A stretch of DNA of 33,629 nucleotides, taken from NCBI RefSeq assembly GCF_001194135.2, contig NC_068995.1, positions 32,112,838 through 32,146,466 on the forward strand, given 5' to 3'. The translations under genes were made by a program, and so were the position numbers. The notes under the pieces are model-generated. The model made no database searches and had not been told where the DNA came from. It saw nothing but the letters and a program-made list of their open reading frames with translations. The DNA is from Octopus bimaculoides (lineage: Eukaryota). This document shows, piece after piece, positions 23,771 to 33,629 of this stretch. Position 1 is the stretch's first letter; each line of letters begins with the position of its first letter.

Positions 23771-25050
23771 CATATGAATCGCTTTGTCACACACACACAC
23801 GCACACACACTCACACATGCACACACACACACACACACACACATGCACACGCGTGCCCACATACATGCATACACACACACATGCAAACACTGTGTCAGGC
23901 TGATTCTACTTGAAAATGACACTAAAGGTATGTACACAATCCTGTGGAATACTCAGTCACTTTGCATGCTAATTCAATGTCCTTCCTGTTGAATGAGCAA
24001 CTACACACCCATGCATCGTACTCAACGGGCACGTTCATATATATAGACACACACATATATACTATAAATACACATACACAAACATACACACACACTCACA
24101 CACAGACACACATACACATATCATGCATGTATGTGCAGGCTTATGCAATCTTGTTTGTTATCTATGAATAAATATATANNNNNNNNNNNNNNNNNNNNNN
24201 NNNNNNNNNNNNNNNNNNNNNNNNNNNNNNNNNNNNNNNNNNNNNNNNNNNNNNNNNNNNNNNNNNNNNNNNNNNNNNNNNNNNNNNNNNNNNNNNNNNN
24301 NNNNNNNNNNNNNNNNNNNNNNNNNNNNNNNNNNNNNNNNNNNNNNNNNNNNNNNNNNNNNNNNNNNNNNNNNNNNNNNNNNNNNNNNNNNNNNNNNNNN
24401 NNNNNNNNNNNNNNNNNNNNNNNNNNNNNNNNNNNNNNNNNNNNNNNNNNNNNNNNNNNNNNNNNNNNNNNNNNNNNNNNNNNNNNNNNNNNNNNNNNNN
24501 NNNNNNNNNNNNNNNNNNNNNNNNNNNNNNNNNNNNNNNNNNNNNNNNNNNNNNNNNNNNNNNNNNNNNNNNNNNNNNNNNNNNNNNNNNNNNNNNNNNN
24601 NNNNNNNNNNNNNNNNNNNNNNNNNNNNNNNNNNNNNNNNNNNNNNNNNNNNNNNNNNNNNNNNNNNNNNNNNNNNNNNNNNNNNNNNNNNNNNNNNNNN
24701 NNNNNNNNNNNNNNNNNNNNNNNNNNNNNNNNNNNNNNNNNNNNNNNNNNNNNNNNNNNNNNNNNNNNNNNNNNNNNNNNNNNNNNNNNNNNNNNNNNNN
24801 NNNNNNNNNNNNNNNNNNNNNNNNNNNNNNNNNNNNNNNNNNNNNNNNNNNNNNNNNNNNNNNNNNNNNNNNNNNNNNNNNNNNNNNNNNNNNNNNNNNN
24901 NNNNNNNNNNNNNNNNNNNNNNNNNNNNNNNNNNNNNNNNNNNNNNNNNNNNNNNNNNNNNNNNNNNNNNNNNNNNNNNNNTATATATATATATATATAT
25001 AAATGGGGGATCTATATATATATATATATATATATATAGATAGATAGATA

Positions 25051-25255
25051 GTTTGTGAATGCGCCTGTCCCACCACCGATTGAAACTGGTGTTGGTGTGT
25101 TTACGTACACGTAACTTAGTGGTCCTGCAAAAGGGACCGGTAGAATCGTTACCATACTTCACAATAAATACTGGGGTCGATGGTGTTTTCTAGTAAACCC
25201 TTGAGGGCGGTGCCCCAGCATGGCCGCAGTTCAAATGACTGAAACATGTAAATGA
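25051..25255 (+). mobile_element. SINE family A, 3' half
   Basis: CTGGTGTTGGTGTGTTTACGT...GGTGCCCCAGCATGGCCGCAGTTCAAATGACTGAAACA. Confidence 0.85.
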
Positions 25256-25748
25256 CAAACAATCACGAGCATACTCACTCACTCACTCACTCACTCACTC
25301 AATCACTCAATCACTCACTCACTCAATCACTCAATCACTCACTCACACACACACATACACACTCATACACAATATTTATTAACAACTGATGCAGAGTCGA
25401 CACTACCTCTCGCTATATTCCTCAATAGACTACATATAGAGAGTCAATAATGCTTTTATTAACGATTTAATACCTGACAACAGTTGTTTCAAATACACCA
25501 CTGAATGTTTATCAAAGGTGGAAGTAAATATACTTCGTATTTGATACGACACATCTATAGACTGATGTAACTGTACATTTGCCAAATAATACATCGCTAA
25601 CTTTATGAGTGTGCATGTGCGTGCATGTGTGTGTCTCTGTATGTGTGTGTATGTATATATAAATATGTATATGTATATATGTATATAGTATACACACATG
25701 GGTACATATATATGCTTATATGAATGTAATCCATATTTTATAAATATT

Positions 25749-25789
<41 letters not shown>

Positions 25790-25819
25790 TTATCTACCTA
25801 TCTATATAATCTATCTAGC

Positions 25820-26014
25820 TATGTGGTAAGAAGCTTGCTTCCCAACCACATGGTTCTGGGTTCAGTCCTTCTGCGTGGCACCTTGGGCAAGTGCCTTCCA
25901 CTTATAGCCTCAGGCCGATCAAAGCCTTGTGTGCGGATTTAGTAGCGGGAAACTGAAAATAAGCCTGTCGTGTATGTGTGTGTGTGTGCGTGTGCATGTG
26001 CGTGCGTGTGTGTG

Positions 26015-26055
<41 letters not shown>

Positions 26056-26105
26056 TTTTTCCCTGCCCCAATCGCTCGACAACCGATTTTGGTGTGTTTA
26101 TGTCA
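25820..26105 (+). mobile_element. SINE family A, 5' and middle part, cut by an inverted family A fragment at 26106-26141
   Basis: GTGGTAAGAAGCTTGCTTCCCAACCACATGG...CCTTGGGCAAGTG. From 26106, CCGAGGCTATAGTAGAAAACACTTGCTCAAGGTGTC is the reverse complement of the core. Confidence 0.82.
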
Positions 26106-26389
26106 CCGAGGCTATAGTAGAAAACACTTGCTCAAGGTGTCNNNNNNNNNNNNNNNNNNNNNNNNNNNNNNNNNNNNNNNNNNNNNNNNNNNNNNNNNNN
26201 NNNNNNNNNNNNNNNNNNNNNNNNNNNNNNNNNNNNNNNNNNNNNNNNNNNNNNNNNNNNNNNNNNNNNNNNNNNNNNNNNNNNNNNNNNNNNNNNNNNN
26301 NNNNNNNNNNNNNNNNNNNNNNNNNNNNNNNNNNNNNNNNNNNNNNNNNNNNNNNNNNNNNNNNNNNNNNNNNNNNNNNNNNNNNNNNN

Positions 26390-26450
<61 letters not shown>

Positions 26451-26799
26451 AAGTGTGTACGAAATGCATGTGTGTGCGTGCGTGCGCGTATGTGTGCGTG
26501 CGTGCGTGCGTGCGTGTGTGCTTGCGTGTATAGATGGATGGATTGATGTGCAATTCACCTGTGAGGTCTCTCATGAGTGTTCCTTACTACATGGAATCCA
26601 GTAGAACATGTTGTATGGTCAGGTCGTAGGTGACTAAACCAGCAACCCCACTATAGTTGCCTAGTGAAGGGGGTTGCTAGAAATCTAGCAGGACTATAAG
26701 CAACGCCTGTCACAAGGACGGATGGACGTAATGTTTGGTCAACGACTATCTAGTAATAGCACGAGCCTTCTGAAATCCTAGGCCGGTGTCCAGCGTGCT

Positions 26800-28230
26800 T
26801 TTGTTGAAGCATGCCTCTGATTTAAAACCACATATGCAGGGAATAGCATTGAACATTTTGGGAATATTTTACTTGTACTTGAGAACACGGCGTTCCCACA
26901 TTCTTGAGTTTACAACCCATATTGCCACTGGTTATCTTGCCCTGGTTTATGTCTGGATCAAGTCAACAAGCTGAAGAGGATCTTAGAGCTGCTGTGCAAG
27001 TCTTATTGGGTCTAAAATTTTAGGTTTTGCAATTGCTTGTGAGGCAACTTTCAGATGCCCGGTTGAGTAGGAGGGCGCGACGGCAAGCATGAAGACCGCA
27101 GCTGCAGTAACCGGTCATTGCTGCTACTAGTGGAGAGCCTTGTCATTGGATCACAGCATTTCTCTGTGTACACTGTCAAAGGATTTGCTTTTTAATAGAT
27201 AGATTTGAACACAAGTGGTCGCTGGAATTCTATACACTACTCCACAGTATTTTGCAGATCTAAGATCGGTTCGGTGCATAATCTTCCTACCTGTAATCCA
27301 ATCCAGCTTGCTCTTGTCTGAATTTTTCATCCAGTACTTCTTTGAAACGTTGCAGCCGAACTGAGAAGACCTTGCCTGGCATCAACAGTTAAGTGATTCC
27401 TCATCTACACGCTTAAATCACTGAGATTGCCTTTCTTTGACAGCTTAACTCTTCTAGCAATTCTCTGTTTTCCCAGTGTGCATTTCACAATTGGTGTTTC
27501 TTCCTTTCTTAAGGAGCTCAGCCGAGATCTGATGCAGTCCTGGAGCTTTATTGTTCTTCAGTTCTTTGAGAGCTCGGATAACTTTATCTTCATTAATAGG
27601 TACTTTTGTAATTTCAAGGTGTTCTGCTGCCTGGTCAGTCATTCTGACGATATCAGATGGTTCAAGCTGATTCAGAGTTTCCTTGGTGAGTTCCACTTAG
27701 CAAATCTTCTGTCTGTCAGCAAGATCTTTCACCGATACACTTGTGTTGGTGAGATTTGAACCAGTCACCTACTGGGACAGTATTATTCCTACAGATAGAA
27801 TTACTGAGGCAAATGTCAATTCAAGAAGCGGGCGTACAGCAGCAGTATTCAGAAGAAAGAATAAGATCTGGGTCAGCACATCGATTAACAACCATTTGGA
27901 GATCATGTCAACACCAGAGCATTTAGCCTGCCAACAGCAGTCTACGCAAGAGAGAATGTATTCCACCAACGGTGTCCACGCAAAATACTCAAGATCACAT
28001 ATAGGGTCGGAATCAAAAACTTTGAAGTCCTGAGAAGAGCCGTTTTGAATAGCCTGCAGGAGATTGCGGTGGAAAGAAGTGAGACTTGCAGGTCATGTTT
28101 TACAAGTGCCAGCAGAACGAATATCAGTAGTCCAATCAGTACAACTAGAGGGACAAAGGGAAAGAGAGAAAGATAGAGGACCACATTCAAAGAAGATATG
28201 AAGTAATTTAGCATCACCCGAGAAAATGCA
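26800..28230 (-). mobile_element. Decayed RTE-clade LINE (endonuclease end, linker, RT start)
   Basis: VEYILSCVDCCWQ (the IDYIL motif), PINEDKVIRALKELKNNKAPGLHQISAELLK, and CIEFQRPLV...FDSVHREML (the KAFDSV region). Frameshifted. Confidence 0.85.
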
Positions 28231-28427
28231 AGCGATTAGACTCAAGAATGGGATGAATGGGAACGTCGTGCTGCCCAGTATACAGGCCAACTGTATGAGA
28301 AGAACTAAGTGTGAGACTAAGGCGTGTATACATACATACACTCATTCGTACATACATATGTACGTACGTATATATATATATATATATATATGTGGAATAA
28401 TTACTGTGAAGCATTGTGCAGATTATA

Positions 28428-28554
28428 TTGTATAAAAGATCGTGGGTAAGGCCAAAACAATGCGAAGTAAATGCAAGGTAAATCACAAGAAAACAAATAT
28501 GTGCCTTGCATTTACCTCGCATTGTTTTTGCCTAACCCAAGATCTTTCATACAG
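28428..28554. mobile_element. Tc1/mariner-type palindromic MITE, 127 bp, flanked by TA
   Basis: About 51-bp arms (28428-28478 and 28504-28554) with roughly 6 mismatches and a 25-bp spacer; TA at 28426-27 and 28555-56. The TTGGGTTAGGCAAAAACAATGCG core resembles mariner TIRs. Confidence 0.75.
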
Positions 28555-28839
28555 TANNNNNNNNNNNNNNNNNNNNNNNNNNNNNNNNNNNNNNNNNNNN
28601 ATATATATATATATATAGGATGTTATGAGCGATAGTGGTGTCAATTAGACCCAGAGGTTTCAGGTAATGCTGAGTAAGTGCTATGGATAGACCATAGTTA
28701 AGCTCCAGGTTCGGTGATTATGCAAATAAGGAGTCCAACGTAGATCATATATCAGCGTGTGAATATAAGGATTTACTTTTCGTAATGAGATAAAGAAAAA
28801 ACCAACGCTGTGTACATTATAGAACATTTATAGATAGAA

Positions 28840-28889
28840 GGTCTTACAGCTGTTTCCAGGATATTTGTTATATCCCTTCATCGGAGACG
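28840..28889 (-). ncRNA. Degenerate minimal type-I hammerhead ribozyme motif
   Basis: Minus strand CGUCU-CCGAUGA-AGGGAUAU-AACAA-AUAUCCUG-GAAA-CAGCUG-UA-AGACC: helix I GUCU/AGAC, core CCGAUGA (U4 changed to C), helix II GGGAUAU/AUAUCCU, GAAA, palindromic helix III ACAGCUGU, and a GUA cleavage triplet. Confidence 0.68.
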
Positions 28890-29409
28890 GTGTGAGAGGA
28901 TGGTTAAGCAATAGTTAGTTTAGATAACATAGGAAATAGAGAGTGAATGTAGGGATATTGTATTTGTAAATCCATTGTTTTGGCAGAATGGTATACATAT
29001 AAGATTCCAATAGCTTGTGAGTAAAATCCAATAGTCTTTAAGATAGGTCATTGCATTTGTAAATCAATTATTAAGATTCCAATATCCTATGAGTAAAATT
29101 CAAGTCTTTGAAATTGGTCGTTCCAAATACAGAGTTTATATACAGTATTATTGAATCAAGGGTTCTGTTTTGGAATGACCAATTTCAAAGACTGTTGGAT
29201 TTTACTCATAGGATATTGGAATCTAAAATAATTGATTTACAAATGCAATGACCTATCTTAAAGACTATTGGATTTTACTCACAAGGTATTGGAATCTTAT
29301 ATGTATACCATTCTGCCTAAACAATGGATTTACAAATATAATATCCCACCATTCACTCTCTATTTCCTATCTTATATAAACTAACTATTGCTTAACCATC
29401 CTCTCACAC

Positions 29410-29458
29410 CATCTCCGTGAAGGGATATAATAAATATCCTGGAAACAGCTGTAAGACC
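29410..29458 (+). ncRNA. Second, more degenerate hammerhead motif (mirror copy)
   Basis: CAUCU-CCG-UGA-AGGGAUAU-AAUAA-AUAUCCUG-GAAA-CAGCUG-UA-AGACC; the core has both the U4C change and a 1-nt deletion. Confidence 0.6.
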
Positions 29459-30240
29459 TTCTATCTATAAATGTTCTATAATGTACACAGCCTTTACGAA
29501 AGTAAATCCTTATATNNNNNNNNNNNNNNNNNNNNNNNNNNNNNNNNNNNNNNNNNNNNNNNNNNNNNNNNNNNNNNNNNNNNNNNNNNNNNNNNNNNNN
29601 NNNNNNNNNNNNNNNNNNNNNNNNNNNNNNNNNNNNNNNNNNNNNNNNNNNNNNNNNNNNNNNNNNNNNNNNNNNNNNNNNNNNNNNNNNNNNNNNNNNN
29701 NNNNNNNNNNNNNNNNNNNNNNNNNNNNNNNNNNNNNNNNNNNNNNNNNNNNNNNNNNNNNNNNNNNNNNNNNNNNNNNNNNNNNNNNNNNNNNNNNNNN
29801 NNNNNNNNNNNNNNNNNNNNNNNNNNNNNNNNNNNNNNNNNNNNNNNNNNNNNNNNNNNNNNNNNNNNNNNNNNNNNNNNNNNNNNNNNNNNNNNNNNNN
29901 NNNNNNNNNNNNNNNNNNNNNNNNNNNNNNNNNNNNNNNNNNNNNNNNNNNNNNNNNNNNNNNNNNNNNNNNNNNNNNNNNNNNNNNNNNNNNNNNNNNN
30001 NNNNNNNNNNNNNNNNNNNNNNNNNNNNNNNNNNNNNNNNNNNNNNNNNNNNNNNNNNNNNNNNNNNNNNNNNNNNNNNNNNNNNNNNNNNNNNNNNNNN
30101 NNNNNNNNNNNNNNNNNNNNNNNNNNNNNNNNNNNNNNNNNNNNNNNNNNNNNNNNNNNNNNNNNNNNNNNNNNNNNNNNNNNNNNNNNNNNNNNNNNNN
30201 NNNNNNNNNNNNNNNNNNNNNNNNATAGATAGATAGATAG

Positions 30241-31090
30241 ATAGATATATGCATATATCCATGCATATATGTACATACCTACATCTATATGTATACATAC
30301 TTGCATAAAAAAAAAACGTTAAACACAATGAGAAACGAAAACATAAAAGCGAAAACAGGAAACGAACTTTTTTCCAACAACGAAAACAACAAACAGAGAA
30401 ACGAGACATGCAACATAAAAAACATTCCCTTCGTCAGTTGTCCCTGTTCCATTTACTCTGCGTTTCGAAGGCAAGGACAATATGCGACTTCGTTGGAACA
30501 GTCCTTCCTGCAAAGCAAATTAAATGAAATTTGGAATTTTTTGCGGGGGTGAAAGTGTTAACAAGAACATGACAGTGAGAGCAAGATAGTAAAAACAATA
30601 AAAACAGTGAGAACAAGACAGTAAAAACAAACGGTGAGGGTTGTTAATCCAAGACGATAGAAACATTATTATGAACGCTAAGTAGAAGAGACAGAAAAAA
30701 CACGTGTCTTGTTTTTACTGCTTTTATTGTTTTTACTGTCTTGTTCTCACTGACTTGTTCTTGTTAACACTTTCACCCTCCACAAAAAATTCCAAATATT
30801 ATTTAATATACTTTGCGTGCAAGACTGTTCCAACAAAGTCGCAAACTGTCCTTGCCTTCGAAACCCGGAGAAGTTGAAACAGAGACAACTGACGAAGGGA
30901 TATACTCTTTATGTTGCATGTCTCGTTTCTCTGTTTGTTTGTTTTTTTCGTTGTTGGAAAAAAGTTAGTTTTCTGTTTTCGTTTTTATGTTTTCGTTTCT
31001 CATTGTGCTTAACGTTATTTTTTTGATGTCCTGTACCCATATATGCTTGTATGTATACATATAGATGTAGGTATGTACATATATGTATGG
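30241..31090. repeat. About 850-bp palindrome (arms about 30241-30620 and 30706-31090), with a third partial inverted copy at 31328-31552
   Basis: AAACAGAGAAACGAGACATGCAACATAAA versus TTTATGTTGCATGTCTCGTTTCTCTGTTT. 31328-31552 is the reverse complement of about 30500-30710, including the loop. Confidence 0.9.
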
Positions 31091-31551
31091 ATATATGCAT
31101 ATATCTATATATTATTTATATTATTATATGATCGAACGCCACGCGTCCTTTTCCAAGTAAGTTTTGTCTTAATAATTACAAAGCGCACTCTTCTACTATC
31201 TCTCTCCCTCTCTTGTTCTTCATCCTTTCTGTTTTTCTTTCCCACCCTTTCCTTATTCTTCTTTCCCTTTCACCGTTCCCTCCCTCTCTCACTCCTCTTT
31301 CTCCTTGACTCTCTCGTCCTAAAGAACAGACGTGTTTTTTCTATTTCTTCTACTTAGCGTTCATAATAATGTTTCTATCGTCTTGGCTCAACAGCCCTCA
31401 CCGTTTGTTTTTACTGTCCTGTTCTCACTGTCTTGTTTTTACTGTTTTTATTGTTTTTACTGTCTTGCTCTCACTGTCCAGTTCTTGTTAACACTTTCCC
31501 CCTCTGCAAAAAATTCCAAATTTTATTTAATTTGCTTGCGGGAAGGACTTT

Positions 31552-31622
31552 CCCGGTCCGGGAATCGAGCTCACTATTTCATGATTGTGAGCCCGACGCT
31601 CTAACCACTGAGCCATGCGCCT
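31552..31622 (-). mobile_element. tRNA-derived SINE head (family D)
   Basis: Minus strand GGCGCATGGCTCAGTGGTTAGAGCGTCGGGCTCACAATCATGAAATAGTGAGCTCGATTCCCGG, with an A box and a B box; not a closed cloverleaf. Confidence 0.7.
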
Positions 31623-31918
31623 TCAAATATTGCCATATTCAGAATAATTCAACGCAAAGTACTCAACGCAACAAACAACAGAATTTACTTACAACCATTG
31701 GCTAAGTGTCCTCAATCCTCACGTATCGATATATGTTATATTATAGATATCATTTATGGAGAAGTTTACATATGCATGCGGCGGATAGCGTACTCTGTGT
31801 CATATGAGTGGTCCGTTCAATGCTGGTGTGGATGAGATCCATTTATGGAGGTGAAACCTAAAGTAATCCTATAAGTCGGCCTTATCTAACTTTAAGATAT
31901 ATATATATATCTGTGTGG

Positions 31919-32080
31919 GGGGAGGTGTAGCTGTGTGGTAGGAAGCTTGCTTCTGAACCACATGGTTCCGGGCTCAGTCCCACTGTGTGGTACCTTGAGT
32001 AAGTGTCTTCTACTATAGCCTCGGGTCGACCAAAGCCTTGTGAGTGGATTTGGTAAATGGGAACTGAAAGCAGCCCATCG

Positions 32081-32085
<5 letters not shown>
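31919..32085 (+). mobile_element. SINE family A, 5' half
   Basis: GCTGTGTGGTAGGAAGCTTGCTTCTGAACCACATGG...AAAGCCTTGTGAGTGGATTTGG. Confidence 0.87.
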
Positions 32086-32120
<35 letters not shown>

Positions 32121-32161
32121 TGTGTGTCTGTGTGTGTGTCTGTGTGTGTGTGTGTGTGTGT

Positions 32162-32199
32162 GGAGGCGCAATGGCCCAGTGGTTAGGGCAGCGGACTTG
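32162..32199 (+). mobile_element. tRNA-like SINE head truncated by the gap
   Basis: GGAGGCGCAATGGCCCAGTGGTTAGGGCAGCGGACTTG. Confidence 0.6.
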
Positions 32200-32989
32200 N
32201 NNNNNNNNNNNNNNNNNNNNNNNNNNNNNNNNNNNNNNNNNNNNNNNNNNNNNNNNNNNNNNNNNNNNNNNNNNNNNNNNNNNNNNNNNNNNNNNNNNNN
32301 NNNNNNNNNNNNNNNNNNNNNNNNNNNNNNNNNNNNNNNNNNNNNNNNNNNNNNNNNNNNNNNNNNNNNNNNNNNNNNNNNNNNNNNNNNNNNNNNNNNN
32401 NNNNNNNNNNNNNNNNNNNNNNNNNNNNNNNNNNNNNNNNNNNNNNNNNNNNNNNNNNNNNNNNNNNNNNNNNNNNNNNNNNNNNNNNNNNNNNNNNNNN
32501 NNNNNNNNNNNNNNNNNNNNNNNNNNNNNNNNNNNNNNNNNNNNNNNNNNNNNNNNNNNNNNNNNNNNNNNNNNNNNNNNNNNNNNNNNNNNNNNNNNNN
32601 NNNNNNNNNNNNNNNNNNNNNNNNNNNNNNNNNNNNNNNNNNNNNNNNNNNNNNNNNNNNNNNNNNNNNNNNNNNNNNNNNNNNNNNNNNNNNNNNNNNN
32701 NNNNNNNNNNNNNNNNNNNNNNNNNNNNNNNNNNNNNNNNNNNNNNNNNNNNNNNNNNNNNNNNNNNNNNNNNNNNNNNNNNNNNNNNNNNNNNNNNNNN
32801 NNNNNNNNNNNNNNNNNNNNNNNNNNNNNNNNNNNNNNNNNNNNNNNNNNNNNNNNNNNNNNNNNNNNNNNNNNNNNNNNNNNNNNNNNNNNNNNNNNNN
32901 NNNNNNNNNNNNNNNNNNNNNGAGAGAGAGGGAGAGAGAGAGGGAGAGAGAGTGCGCGCGCTAGTGAGTGTGTGTGTGTGTGTTTTTTT

Positions 32990-33201
32990 GTGCCTGTATT
33001 TGTCACCCCATCACTGCTTGACAACCGGTGTTGGTGAGTTTACGTCCTCGTAAATTAGTGGTTCGTCAAAAGAAACTGATAGAATAAATACTAGGCTTTA
33101 GAAATAAGTCTTGGGGTTGATTTAGTCGGCTGAGACCCTTTAAGGTGATGCTCCAGCATGGCTACAGTCAACTGACTGAAACAAGTAAAAGAATAAAAGA
33201 A
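32990..33201 (+). mobile_element. SINE family A, 3' half
   Basis: CTTGACAACCGGTGTTGGTG...GCTCCAGCATGGCTACAGTCAACTGACTGAAACAAGTAAAAGAATAAAAGAA. Confidence 0.87.
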
Positions 33202-33562
33202 TATATTCACACACATTCGTACATATATATTCACATATAAGGGAGAGAATGGAAAAGAAAGGGAAAGCGCGTAGACGAGAATGTGAGAGAGGGAGAGAGA
33301 AACGGATTTTGTTAAATTTCTTTATTGAATCTATTTGATGTGAATCTCTATTTCCACTGGACAGTACGTCAGTCACTATCAAATAATTTACGTATGAATC
33401 TCGTGCTGACAGCGTCTCTTCGGTGCATAAAATTTAGAAGACTCCGCTATCAAAGTTTCATTCCTCGATTTGCTGTTACCCGGTAAGCAAACAACCAGTG
33501 TAGCTAACAGCTCATCACATAAATATAGATATATACATACATGCATACACAAACGATATATG

Positions 33563-33629
<67 letters not shown>

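Larger units (their letters stand above)
28763..29515. mobile_element. About 750-bp palindrome; probable Penelope-like element pseudo-LTR in inverted orientation
   Basis: Arms 28763-29133 and 29164-29515 with a 30-nt loop. Each arm carries a hammerhead-like motif. The right arm runs into the N gap. Confidence 0.75.

Noticed and set aside
31552-31622. tRNA-like sequences here and at 12776, 21997, 23612 and 32162
   Set aside because: They have A/B boxes but no complete cloverleaf, and they are attached to SINE bodies. They are SINE heads, not tRNA genes.

Overview
Repeat-dominated eukaryotic DNA, probably intronic or intergenic. About 14% is N, in 11 gaps, most of which abut microsatellites. 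The SINE, LINE and microsatellite content resembles octopus (coleoid cephalopod) genomes; this is inferred from my recollection of the repeat families and not from a search. No intact protein-coding gene is recognisable, and nearly all long ORFs in the track are read-throughs of N runs or microsatellites. Supported features are decayed Tc1 and mariner transposases, a CR1/L2-type LINE, several RTE/BovB-type LINE fragments, an R4/Dong-like LINE 3' end, about four tRNA-derived SINE families and hAT and Tc1/mariner MITEs. The most unusual aspect is five separate large inverted repeats: 7958-8573, 16793-18251, 28426-28556, 28763-29515 and 30241-31090 (with an extra copy at 31328-31552). The one at 28763-29515 carries a degenerate minimal type-I hammerhead ribozyme motif in each arm, a hallmark of Penelope-like elements. 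A non-repetitive island at about 15.8-16.5 kb is the best candidate for a host exon but is unresolved.
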